Source: an uncultured Verrucomicrobiae bacterium
Lineage (GTDB): Bacteria; Verrucomicrobiota; Verrucomicrobiia; Chthoniobacterales; JAFAMB01
Direction of reading: 5' to 3'
Length of the DNA stretch: 64,000 bases
Assembly: GCA_963762565.1 (NCBI GenBank)
Contig: CAVXLD010000003.1
Span: 512,001-576,000, forward strand
Positions 28,940-38,463 of the stretch are shown here, piece by piece. Numbering within the stretch: the stretch's first letter is position 1; the number at the start of each line of letters is the position of its first letter. A program made the position numbers and the translations under genes. A model generated the notes under the pieces. It did not search any database. It was not told the origin of the DNA and saw nothing but the letters and a program-made list of their open reading frames with translations.

Positions 28940-30916
28940 CTAAATGACCCTGTCGTTGCCGCCGTCGATGGGGATTTGGGCGCCGGTGGTTGCGCAGAAT
29001 GTAGGGCCGCAGAGTTCGACGATGACGCGGGCGACGATCTTGCTAGTGACCTCAGTTCCGAGGACGTTATTGCGTTTATAGTCCTCGACAGACAAACCGT
29101 AGCTGGCAGCTCGTTGCTGAAGGACTTCGGGAGTCCACAGACCGGTATCGAATACAGCGTTAGGGTGGACAATGTTGACGCGGATTTTGTCTTTACCCCA
29201 TTCGAGAGCAGCGACCCGAGCCAATTGAGTAAGCGCGCTCTTAGAACTCGAATAAGCGCCTTGGCCCGGGCCAGGAGCCGGCACATTTTTGGAAGCGTTG
29301 ATGACGACGCGGCCGCCATTTGGAGCCAACCGCAGCAAAGGATAGGTCAAACGAAGCAGGGATAAATTGGCGTCGAGATTGACGCGCATCGTGCCGTGCC
29401 AAGTGGCAAGATCGAGGTCTTCAATGCGTTTGCTGGAAGGGAAAATGCCGGCGTTTAAGACTAACATATCCAAGCCGCCAAACCTGCGGACAGAGCTTTC
29501 CAGGGCAACAGCTAAAGCATCTTCGTCGGCAACGTCGCACTGGATACCGAGGAACGATTTGCCCGTCTCCGCCAAGCCTTCCTCCGCCGGATTGATATCG
29601 AGAGCGACCACAGCAGCGCCGCGTTGGATGAGTTCTTCCGCACACGCTTTCCCGATGCCAGATCCGGCCCCGGTTACCAGTGCAACCTCGCCGAGCAACG
29701 GCTTGGACGCCCCGGCTTTACCGAGTTTTGCCTGTTCGAGTTCCCAGTATTCAACATCGAACGCTTGATCCGGAGTGACGGGTTGCCATGTGTCTAAAAC
29801 CACGGCGCGTGAGATGACGTCGATGGTATGATCATATAACTCGGCAGCAATGGCAGCTTCTTCGGCACTTTTGCCGATGCTGATCATTCCGAGCTCTGGA
29901 TCCAAAACGATGCGAGGCGCCGGATCGAGCATTTGCAGAGATCGTTTTGATCGTGCGGCGTTGGTGTTGAAGTATTCCCTATAGGCTTGTGTGTATTGCT
30001 TTACGTTCCGGCCAAGCAGCGGAATCCTTTTTGTGCGGATCACATGATCTGGTGTGGCTGGTCCCTTGGTTGCAATCACATCGAGATCTTTTCGCCGGGC
30101 GAAAGCCAAAAATTTAGCTTCGTCATGAAGCGACAAGATCGTCGGTTTACCGGCAGCGGAAGCAATCGCGTTTCGTAGCGCGGCAATCTCGAACCGCGCT
30201 GGTGCGGGACTTGGGCCCGCGGCCTGGTACGTGATCTCCCAGCAGTTGTGTTTCTGGAGGTAACCTTCCGCCAGGTCAACCAGTTCGATCATCCGTTCGT
30301 ACGATTCTCTGGCGGTTGCACCAAAACAGAAAATACCGTGGTTAAGCAGCACCATCCCGATGGTGTTTTGGGTGGCTGCTTTGGGAAAGATTTCTGCGCA
30401 GGTCCTAGATAATGCGAATCCCGGCATCACATACGGGATTGTTACGACCCGATCGCCGTAGATCTCAGATAAGCGTTCGCAAGCAGAGGGCAGATTAACG
30501 ATCGACGCCAGAGCATCGGAGTGGGTGTGATCAACAAACTTATAAGGAAGAATAGCGTGCAGGATGGCTTCGACACTTGGGGCCGGAGCTCCTGCCCTGG
30601 TGGTGGCCATCCGAAGTTCGTTGGCCATTTGAGAATCACTCAGCTCCTTTAAATGGGATAGTCGCAGCAAATGCTCCATGCGTACCGGAGCGAATCCAGC
30701 GGCTTCAATAGTAGATAAATCCCAACCACTGCCTTTCACATACAGAAGGTCGACCGCGTTGCCGAAAAGGTTGGTTTCGGTCAACTTCACCGAGGTGTTA
30801 CCGCCGCCATGTAAGACCAGGGACGAATCGCTGCCTAAAAGACGAGAAGTATAAACCCGCTGTTCCAGGTCGGTTTTGAACTGAGCAGCATCTTGATCGT
30901 TCCAACGGCTTTTCAT
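28940..30916 (-). CDS. Bifunctional class II aldolase / short-chain dehydrogenase (rhamnulose-1-phosphate aldolase-lactaldehyde dehydrogenase type)
   Basis: LVLHGGGNTSVK, PSVEAILH, DHTH, NHG, EYWELEQAKL; SDR VTGAGSGIG and YSSSK. Confidence 0.9.
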   Translation of the reverse strand: MKSRWNDQDAAQFKTDLEQRVYTSRLLGSDSSLVLHGGGNTSVKLTETNLFGNAVDLLYVKGSGWDLSTIEAAGFAPVRMEHLLRLSHLKELSDSQMANELRMATTRAGAPAPSVEAILHAILPYKFVDHTHSDALASIVNLPSACERLSEIYGDRVVTIPYVMPGFALSRTCAEIFPKAATQNTIGMVLLNHGIFCFGATARESYERMIELVDLAEGYLQKHNCWEITYQAAGPSPAPARFEIAALRNAIASAAGKPTILSLHDEAKFLAFARRKDLDVIATKGPATPDHVIRTKRIPLLGRNVKQYTQAYREYFNTNAARSKRSLQMLDPAPRIVLDPELGMISIGKSAEEAAIAAELYDHTIDVISRAVVLDTWQPVTPDQAFDVEYWELEQAKLGKAGASKPLLGEVALVTGAGSGIGKACAEELIQRGAAVVALDINPAEEGLAETGKSFLGIQCDVADEDALAVALESSVRRFGGLDMLVLNAGIFPSSKRIEDLDLATWHGTMRVNLDANLSLLRLTYPLLRLAPNGGRVVINASKNVPAPGPGQGAYSSSKSALTQLARVAALEWGKDKIRVNIVHPNAVFDTGLWTPEVLQQRAASYGLSVEDYKRNNVLGTEVTSKIVARVIVELCGPTFCATTGAQIPIDGGNDRVI

Positions 30917-31033
30917 GGTTCACAGTGCGCGTCTGGCGCGCGGTGAACCATGAAATGACAAATGACAGATGACAAATGACAGATTTTCGCCCCCGGCCAA
31001 TTTGTCATCTGTCATCTGTCATTTGTTATTTTT

Positions 31034-32389
31034 TCACCGGCGCGACCGCAGCCGGAACAGAATCGGCAGGCCATAGTAGCCTAAGTGCTCACGGATTTTG
31101 GACTCGAGGTACCGGCGATAATCGTCTGTCAGTGCGGCGGGATCGTTGACAAATAAGATGAACGCCGGCGGTTTGATGCCGGGCGCGTTGGTCGGATCGA
31201 TTTGAGTTGCGTAAAGAAGCTTTAAGCGGCGATTACTTCTTAAGGGGGGAGGATGCGCTTCCATCGCCGTCTGCAGCAACCGATTGAGCGGCCCAGTGCC
31301 AAGAGAACGTTGAGAATGTTTCTCGATCTTATCGATGCTCTTGAACAGGCGGTCGAGATTTTCTCGCGTGTGAGCAGAAAGGACATCAATGGGTGCGTAA
31401 GTCAGGAAGAAAAGGTTGGAGCGGATTTGGCCGAGCACCGCTTCAACGAAATCTCGGACCCGATTCGATGGTTTTACCAGGTCCAACTTGTTGACGACCA
31501 CTAAACAGGGTTTCTCGTTCTCCTGGATCAACCCTGCGATCTTCTTGTCCTGAGCGGTGATGCCGTCGACCGCATCAACCACTAGGGCGCAAATATCGGC
31601 TCGTTCGATGCTTTTTTCGGAGCGCATCACGCTAAAGACTTCCACCGAAGTGTTTTGTTTGCTCCGGGGCCGGATACCGGCGGTGTCAATTAAGACAAAG
31701 TCTCTCTCGTCGCGACGATAGGGAATATCGATGGCATCGCGAGTGGTCCCGGCTATGTGGCTGACGATGGTTCGTTGATCCTGCAGGATAGCGTTTATTA
31801 GCGATGATTTCCCGACATTAGGTCGTCCGACAATCGCGAGTTTAATCGCTTCGGGGACCTGTTCTTCACCGTTCTCAAGTGGGGATTGGCTCCACAATCC
31901 TGCCTTCAAAGCATCCGTAAGGTCAGCAATCCCCCGTCCGTGCTCCGCGCTTACGGGGAAGATATGTTCGAAACCGAGTTGGGAGAATTCCGTGTCGAAG
32001 AGTTCATGTTTAGCGTGATCAATTTTATTAACGGCGACCAGGATCGGTTTTCTCGTTTTACGGAGTTGCTTAGCCAGCAGTTCGTCGATGGGCGTTAGTC
32101 CGGCAGCGCCGTCGGTAACGAAAATGATTGTGTCCGCTATCTGCATGGCGAGTTCGGCTTCAGCCTGAACTTGATCGTCCAAAGAATCGCCCATGGCTGC
32201 TCCGATTCCACCGGTGTCAATCAGAGTCACCCGGCGGTCATCGAGCTCAAAATCCGCAGCTAATCGGTCCCGGGTTACGCCGGGTTGGTCATGAACAATG
32301 GCAACGCGTCGCCGTAAGAGGCGATTAAACAAAGCTGATTTGCCGACGTTTGGACGTCCGACTATGGCAACCGTTGGCACTTTAGCCAT
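31034..32389 (-). CDS. der: Ribosome biogenesis GTPase Der (EngA)
   Basis: Two GRPNVGKS P-loops, GVTRD/GTTRD, DTGG/DTAG, NKxD, KH-like C-terminus. Confidence 0.97.
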   Translation of the reverse strand: MAKVPTVAIVGRPNVGKSALFNRLLRRRVAIVHDQPGVTRDRLAADFELDDRRVTLIDTGGIGAAMGDSLDDQVQAEAELAMQIADTIIFVTDGAAGLTPIDELLAKQLRKTRKPILVAVNKIDHAKHELFDTEFSQLGFEHIFPVSAEHGRGIADLTDALKAGLWSQSPLENGEEQVPEAIKLAIVGRPNVGKSSLINAILQDQRTIVSHIAGTTRDAIDIPYRRDERDFVLIDTAGIRPRSKQNTSVEVFSVMRSEKSIERADICALVVDAVDGITAQDKKIAGLIQENEKPCLVVVNKLDLVKPSNRVRDFVEAVLGQIRSNLFFLTYAPIDVLSAHTRENLDRLFKSIDKIEKHSQRSLGTGPLNRLLQTAMEAHPPPLRSNRRLKLLYATQIDPTNAPGIKPPAFILFVNDPAALTDDYRRYLESKIREHLGYYGLPILFRLRSRR

Positions 32390-32421
32390 TGCAGTGCAGC
32401 AAACGTTATACCCGGTTTGGG

Positions 32422-32597
32422 GTGAGTGAGAAGTGAGAAGTGATTGCTGAGAGGTGAGAAGCACCACCGAGGGACGGACGACGGATGGGACCTATAGGAC
32501 TTATACGACTTATATGGCAGGCGTTTCAGGGCTGCGAAGATAGCCGACAGGCGAATTTATACCAATCACTTCTCACTTCTCACCTCTCACTTCTCAC
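32422..32597. repeat. Heptamer (gtgagaa/gtgattg)n inverted pair enclosing (gggacctat)n 9-mers; similar tracts at 26798-26825, 48226-48387, 50530-50672, 63066-63156
   Basis: Tandem 7-mers and their reverse complements. Confidence 0.85.
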
Positions 32598-33158
32598 TGA
32601 AGAAGCGCGTAGCTGCCGGATACCATCCAGGACGTAGCCGGTTCCTGAAATGAGGGTGAGGGACGCGGCGATGAAGACCATGGCATCCAAAAAGAGGGGG
32701 ATACGGAAGAGGACCCAGAGGATTGAGGTCAATTGAAATACAGTCGCAATTTTTCCGATCGGGCTGGGATGGATGTCGACTTGGTCGATCAACCGGGTTA
32801 AGGCGGTAAAGCCGATCGCTAGTACCACGTCCCGGCCAATGACGGCGCAAGGGAACCAGAAAGGGAGGCTATGAGGCCAACCTGAAAGAGCGAGCACAAG
32901 CAGAGCTGCTGCAACTAATCCCTTGTCGGCGATCGGATCCAAAATGGCGCCGAGACGGCTCTGCTGATGGAACTGACGGGCAACGAAGCCATCGAGACCA
33001 TCCATGCACGCTGCGATTAAAAAGATGGCGATAGCGGCAAACCGATAGGGCTCGATCGGCTGACCATCGGCGAACGATCGGCCGTAAGCCCATGCCAACC
33101 AGACAAAGGCTGGAATCAGGCCGATCCGGGCCAGGGTGATCTTATTGGCGGCAGTCAT
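32580..33158 (-). CDS. CDP-alcohol phosphatidyltransferase (PgsA-like)
   Basis: ANKITLAR, DGLDGFVAR...LGAILDPIADK signature. Confidence 0.92.
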   Translation of the reverse strand: MTAANKITLARIGLIPAFVWLAWAYGRSFADGQPIEPYRFAAIAIFLIAACMDGLDGFVARQFHQQSRLGAILDPIADKGLVAAALLVLALSGWPHSLPFWFPCAVIGRDVVLAIGFTALTRLIDQVDIHPSPIGKIATVFQLTSILWVLFRIPLFLDAMVFIAASLTLISGTGYVLDGIRQLRASSVRSER

Positions 33159-33285
33159 AGCCCGATGAATGACAAATGACAGATGACAGAAGGAAGATAG
33201 CAAGGGGAAGGGTAGGAGTCTGGGCGTGGCCAATCGAGGGACGAGCCACGGATAGGACCTATGGGACCTATAGGACTCATGTGTT

Positions 33286-34014
33286 CTAACGTTGAGCGGT
33301 GCTCGTCTCCTGCAGCGGGGTTCTGCCGCGATAGGCGACGATGCCTTGGTAGATTTGCTCGGCTAAGGCGTCCCGGTAGGCTTGGGAAGCGATCCGTCGG
33401 GACTCAATCGGATTACTCAGGAATCCGCCTTCGACCAGGATCGCCGGATTCGTGTTGTAGCGGATCACAAAATAGGGGGCGGTTTTCACCCGACGATCAA
33501 CGGCGCCAGGCAGTTGCAGAATACTTTGTTGAACCTTGGCGGCCAGTTTAGCGCTGCGGTTTGTGTCGTAATAGGTTTCCAGCCCTTGAATGTCGCGGTT
33601 CGGCGTGCCGTTAAAGTGGAGACTGACAAATATAACGTTGGGCTGAGAATTCGAAATTAGAACCCGGTTCTCTAACGGGACAAACAAATCGGATTGCCGG
33701 GTCATCACCACGTTAAAACCGGCTTGTTCTAAACGACTTTTGAGGCGGTACGCCAGGTCGAGGGTCCAGATTTTCTCTGGCAACACACCGCGCTGGTTTT
33801 CTCCCGGATCGTGTCCTCCGTGCCCGGGATCGACAACGACGGTTCGGAACGTGGGGCGAGTCGCGCAACTAGCCAAAAGAATGACAAATGACAGATGACA
33901 AATGACAGATAGAAGCCCGCGGCAACGTCTGTGGGTTGCATTGTCGGAGCGCGTTGCCGATTTCTGCGGGGTGGCGGCTACCCGCTGCGGCTCAAATCCG
34001 GCGCGGGAAAACAC
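33286..34014 (-). CDS. N-acetylmuramoyl-L-alanine amidase (Amidase_3), lipoprotein-like; start uncertain
   Basis: VVVDPGHGGHD, EK, FVSLHFN, ILVEGGFLSN; LASC lipobox. Confidence 0.88.
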   Translation of the reverse strand: MFSRAGFEPQRVAATPQKSATRSDNATHRRCRGLLSVICHLSFVILLASCATRPTFRTVVVDPGHGGHDPGENQRGVLPEKIWTLDLAYRLKSRLEQAGFNVVMTRQSDLFVPLENRVLISNSQPNVIFVSLHFNGTPNRDIQGLETYYDTNRSAKLAAKVQQSILQLPGAVDRRVKTAPYFVIRYNTNPAILVEGGFLSNPIESRRIASQAYRDALAEQIYQGIVAYRGRTPLQETSTAQR

Positions 34015-34166
34015 TGGAGAAAAATCGTCTGCGGCGCGCCGAGCCCCGCCGCCGCTACGCTTTGGCGCGGCCCAGCTGTGGATAGAGACCCGCCTTGAGA
34101 CTGGCCGCGACGTAGGCCTTGCGAAGTCGGGTTTTCGTCCTACCGGAACCCCGCATCTGTCATTTG

Positions 34167-34832
34167 TCATTTGTTATTTGTCATTTGCTTGGTCTCGACC
34201 TTTACCTGGTAGCCAAGCGGTTTCAATTTGTCTGACAATTCTCGTTCGAAGGCATGCTGGGCTTCTGCGGGTAGATCGGGTGCCTGCGCCTCGGCGATTT
34301 TCGGCAGAGCGTTCAACTCGGTGGTGACATCTTGGGGTTGAATTTTGTTCCAAAGACCATCTTGGAGTTCTTCGACGTCCCAATGAACGACTTCGGCGCT
34401 CAGGATTTTTGCCGGCGGCAGAGTCACGGTGACGGTGGTTCCCTGCACAGCTACCTGGCATTCTTTATCGAGGTCGAACCCGGCATGTAATCGAAAAGTT
34501 GCCCGGATCCGAATATGTTTTGTGCTTCCTAGCCAGCTTTGATCGCTTTCGTGCATTACCTGGGTGTCCTTGGTCAATACGGTGAGTTGCATGACCTCCT
34601 GAGAGGACTCATAAAAGACTTTGTTCCGAACCACCATGCGAGGTCGAAACTGGAAGGTATCTGCCAGGACATCGCGGAGTTTTGCGACGCTGGCAGCCGA
34701 TTCGTGCGTGAAGGAAGCAAAGGCGCGTTCGGGCCAGGAGGTGATGCGGTCGAAAACAAAGTAAACCAAAACAGCGCCTATCAGCGCGATCAAGACGAAG
34801 GCGAGAGGCCAGGAAAAACGCTTCCGGGTCAT
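34167..34832 (-). CDS. DUF4230-like membrane-anchored protein
   Basis: N-terminal TM, AGFDL, VTLPPAKILS. Confidence 0.7.
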   Translation of the reverse strand: MTRKRFSWPLAFVLIALIGAVLVYFVFDRITSWPERAFASFTHESAASVAKLRDVLADTFQFRPRMVVRNKVFYESSQEVMQLTVLTKDTQVMHESDQSWLGSTKHIRIRATFRLHAGFDLDKECQVAVQGTTVTVTLPPAKILSAEVVHWDVEELQDGLWNKIQPQDVTTELNALPKIAEAQAPDLPAEAQHAFERELSDKLKPLGYQVKVETKQMTNNK

Positions 34833-34987
34833 TACACGGATGATACAGGGTCGAACGAGCGGGAACGAGCGCGAACGGAACAAAACGTGGGAGGGCGCGC
34901 GTCCCCGCGCGCCGCGAACGGGTCAATAGTTCCGTAACTCAGTCTTACGCTGGATCGGGTCTGTCGTGGACTTCGAGAACGGCGGAT

Positions 34988-35079
34988 CCAACACTCCATT
35001 ACGCCGGCACTCCAACACTCCGCGCGGCTGAAATCGAGGACGAGGACGACGACGAGAACGAGTACGAGTACGAAGCACC
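34988..35079. repeat. Composite (actccaac)n + (acgagg/acgaga)n repeat; inverted homolog at 40058-40142
   Basis: Same order of 8-mer and 6-mer blocks ending in cgaagc. Confidence 0.75.
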
Positions 35080-35094
35080 TAACGGTGCAGGCCT

Positions 35095-35137
35095 AAAAAA
35101 AATACAGCCCCCCGCATCCGCTGGATACGAAGGGCTG
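35095..35137 (-). terminator. Rho-independent terminator
   Basis: Minus strand cagcccttcgtatcc-agc-ggatgcggggggctg hairpin followed by tattttttt. Confidence 0.7.
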
Positions 35138-35405
35138 CTGTTCCCCCCAGAACAATCCGAAAAAACTTTCATTGTGACAGTGCTACAGATTTTAGGGATT
35201 TCAAATGATTTGTTGTCGATTGTACCGCTAGGTTTAGTTGCATATTGCATGAAATGCAACTTTTTCGCCAACTCGTCGTAACCTATTGATGGGGTGGTCC
35301 TTTGCCTAGCTCAAGAGCTGGCGATTTGAGTACATTTCATCCCTCTCATTGCTTTCCGATTTGCTGTCGCTTACCGATAGTCGTTAATTTTTAGCAGCAA
35401 ATCGC

Positions 35406-37064
35406 ATGCAAACTATCGTCATTGGCCATCGCAACCCCGACATGGATTCGATCTTTTCCGCGATTGCTTACGGGGAACTAAAGCGAGAACTCGGCATGCC
35501 CGACGTATTGGTGGCGCGCGCCGGAAACACGAATGAGCGCATTGACTTTGTGCTCGAAAAGTTCGGTGTACCGGCGCCGGAGTTTATCGGGGATGTGACC
35601 CCGAAAGTTGGCGACCTGATGGAAACGAAAGTGGTATCGGTGCTGCACCACTCGACCATCAATAAGGCAATCAATTCCATCGAGCAAAAGCGGTTGCGGG
35701 GATTGCCGGTGGTGGACGATGAAGACCGTTGTCTCGGTTTGCTATCCGCCTGGAAAATCACGAACCACCTGTTTCCTTCGCGAGAAGAAACGAGCAGTTC
35801 TCGGCTGATAAACGCTTCGATCGCGGATCTGGCTCAGGCCTTAGAAGGGAATATCCTGGCCGGCAAAGCTGACACGGAAGAACGCCAGTTGATCATCATG
35901 GTCGCCGCGATGACGCTGGAAGCCTTTTTGGGACGGTTTCAGCACTATGATAGCGGAAAGATCGTTCTATTTGTGGGCGACCGCGACGATGTCCAACTGG
36001 CCGCCATCCGAGAGGGCGTCAAAACGATTGTAGTCACCGGCGGGTTAGGGGTTTCGGCCGACGTCCGACTCGCCGCTAATAACGCGGGCGCTTGTTTAAT
36101 CTCGAGTCGATTTGACACAGCGACGTCGGTTTTGCTTTCCCGGAGTAGCGTGCGGGTCGATCAGTTCGTAGAGCCGAACTTCACGAGTTTCACCGCAGAG
36201 ACCACCCTACAGGCGGCCCGGAAAATCGCGGCCAATGCGCCTGATTTCTTCATATTTCCGGTGCTGGGCGAGGACAAACGGTTGGTGGGGATCCTGTCCA
36301 AGAGCGATTTTTTGAGGACGGTGCCGCGCCAGCTGATCCTGGTCGATCACAACGAGATGACGCAAGCGGTCAAAGGAGCTGATGAGATCCCGATCATCGA
36401 AGTGCTGGATCATCATCGTCTGGGGAGCTTTCGGACGGATGTGCCGATCCTTTTCTGGAACAATCCGGTGGGATCGACTAGTACGATCGTCACTCTTTGC
36501 TACCAGCAGTTCGGGATCGCCATCAAACCGCCGATCGCGGGGCTGTTAATGGCGGGCCTGATTTCCGATACGCTCAATCTGACTTCACCGACCGCGACGC
36601 CGGTTGATGCGCAGGTGTTGCAAGACTTGAGCAGGATCGCCGGGGTGAAGGCGGACGAGCTGGCCAAGGAGATGTTCAGCGTAGGATCGCCGCTGTTGAG
36701 CCTGGCGCCGAAGGATGTGGTGGTAGCCGATTGCAAAGATTACGAAGAGAGCGGTTTCCGGTTCAGTGTGGCTCAAATCGAGGAGCTGAGTTTTGCTTAT
36801 TTCGATGACAAAAAGGCGGCGTTGTTTGACGCGCTGGAAGAGTATCGAAAGAAAAACGACGCTTATTTCAGCTCGTTATTGGTCACCGATGTGAACACCC
36901 AAAATTCGCGGTTGTTGATCGCGGCTCCGCCGGAGTTCCAAGAGCTGATCCATTATCCAAATCTCGGGCCGAATCTGTACGAGCTAAACAATATCGTCTC
37001 GCGAAAGAAGCAATTGGTTCCCTATTTACTGGATTGCCTGCAACGCGTGAACGCTAAACTCTAA
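35406..37064 (+). CDS. ppaC: Mn-dependent family II inorganic pyrophosphatase with CBS and DRTGG insert
   Basis: GHRNPDMDS, VGDR..VTGG, LVDHNE, DHH, VGSTST, SDT, SRKKQ. Confidence 0.95.
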   Translation: MQTIVIGHRNPDMDSIFSAIAYGELKRELGMPDVLVARAGNTNERIDFVLEKFGVPAPEFIGDVTPKVGDLMETKVVSVLHHSTINKAINSIEQKRLRGLPVVDDEDRCLGLLSAWKITNHLFPSREETSSSRLINASIADLAQALEGNILAGKADTEERQLIIMVAAMTLEAFLGRFQHYDSGKIVLFVGDRDDVQLAAIREGVKTIVVTGGLGVSADVRLAANNAGACLISSRFDTATSVLLSRSSVRVDQFVEPNFTSFTAETTLQAARKIAANAPDFFIFPVLGEDKRLVGILSKSDFLRTVPRQLILVDHNEMTQAVKGADEIPIIEVLDHHRLGSFRTDVPILFWNNPVGSTSTIVTLCYQQFGIAIKPPIAGLLMAGLISDTLNLTSPTATPVDAQVLQDLSRIAGVKADELAKEMFSVGSPLLSLAPKDVVVADCKDYEESGFRFSVAQIEELSFAYFDDKKAALFDALEEYRKKNDAYFSSLLVTDVNTQNSRLLIAAPPEFQELIHYPNLGPNLYELNNIVSRKKQLVPYLLDCLQRVNAKL

Positions 37065-37296
37065 CCGCCAACCGCGAATGGATACGAATTGACGCGAAGA
37101 GCAAAGACGAACCGCAGATTTCGAAGACTCAAGGCAGGTTGATTATCCGCAGATTACGCAGATTTCGTTTTCAGGTTCCTATGTTGCCCAGGGTTACAGA
37201 AGACGTGACCGAGCCACAAAGATGTTTTTATCTGAAAAGCCGCGCCAAGTCCGAACCGTAATCTGCGTAATCTGCGGATGAATCCCTTCTTAATGC

Positions 37297-38133
37297 ATGG
37301 CTAGAGTAGCGACGACCAGTTCTGCGGTTCGGGTTTGGCGGGGTTTTCGACGCTGTTTTTGGCAATCGCCGGAGGAGCGCTTGATGCGGCCGGCGTGGTG
37401 GGCCGTCACCATCAATTGGGTATTGGCTTTCTTGCTTTTGTCTCTGGTGGCGTGGTTCGCGTTTGCCAGCCTGCGATACAATTGGAACTGGGATGCGGTG
37501 AGTAGCTACGCCGGTTTCTTTTGGAGGGGCTGGTTCACCACTATCGGAGTTTCCGCGGTCGCGTTGGTCCTGAGTACGGTGCTGGGCGTGGCGGTAGCCA
37601 TGGTGCGGCGCTCGGGTTTCTTTGTGCTAAGGGCGCTAGGGCGGATTTATGTGGAGACGCTAAGGGGGACACCGCTTCTGGTGCAGGTCTCTTTTGGATT
37701 CTATGTGGTGGCATCCGCGATTCATCTGGAGAACCGCCTGGTGGTAGGCGTGGCCACACTCGCGATCTGCTACGGCGCTTTTATCAGTGAGATTGTTCGC
37801 GGAGGAATTGAGAGCATTGGGGCATCGCAACTGGAGTCGGCGCGGGCGATCGGTTTGACCCGGGTCCAGACCTATCGATATGTGATTTTTCCGCAGGCTA
37901 TCCGTGTCATCCTACCGGGATTGGCCGGTATGTTCGCTTCGATGATTAAAGATTCATCGCTGCTCTCTGTGATTTCGATCGGAGAATTTACCTGGAGTGC
38001 GCAACAGGTTGGGGGACTGACCTATAGTCTGTTTGAAACCTATATTCCGCTGGCTGTTGGTTACCTGGTACTCACATTGCCAATTACGCTTTGGACTCAA
38101 TGGCTGGAGCGGAGGACCAAATTTGAAACTTAG
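37297..38133 (+). CDS. Polar amino acid ABC transporter permease
   Basis: RGTPLLVQ, EIVRGGIESI...QLESARAIG, IKDSSL. Confidence 0.92.
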   Translation: MARVATTSSAVRVWRGFRRCFWQSPEERLMRPAWWAVTINWVLAFLLLSLVAWFAFASLRYNWNWDAVSSYAGFFWRGWFTTIGVSAVALVLSTVLGVAVAMVRRSGFFVLRALGRIYVETLRGTPLLVQVSFGFYVVASAIHLENRLVVGVATLAICYGAFISEIVRGGIESIGASQLESARAIGLTRVQTYRYVIFPQAIRVILPGLAGMFASMIKDSSLLSVISIGEFTWSAQQVGGLTYSLFETYIPLAVGYLVLTLPITLWTQWLERRTKFET

Positions 38134-38180
38134 AAATGTAATGGAAGACCAGGCTCCTGAAAGCGTCGCGAGCCTGGCGC

Positions 38181-38432
38181 TTATTCGCTTGAATGAGACA
38201 CGGCATTCAACAGCGCTCCGGCTAGCTGAACTACAAATGCTGCGCCATATACTAATCCTTCGCCTAATTTGTCGCTGCGCTGTGACGGATTCATTTCAGT
38301 GATCCATGTCGAGATCCAGAACAGGAGAGAAGCCACATAGACAGGTAGGAGCACGAACTTCATGCTCCAATGCCACCACGCCGACAACCTCTGGAACATA
38401 GCCGACCTTCGGACAAAACCGAACCACGTCAA
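38181..38432 (-). CDS. Hypothetical small membrane protein within an insertion
   Basis: 83-aa ORF with two hydrophobic segments. Confidence 0.4.
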   Translation of the reverse strand: MTWFGFVRRSAMFQRLSAWWHWSMKFVLLPVYVASLLFWISTWITEMNPSQRSDKLGEGLVYGAAFVVQLAGALLNAVSHSSE

Positions 38433-38463
38433 ATAAAGTTACGAGCAGACAAATTTCTAGAGA

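Noticed and set aside
28669..29365. Several ORFs over the REP element and the aldolase C-terminus
   Set aside because: They overlap a repeat or a well-supported gene and show no motifs.
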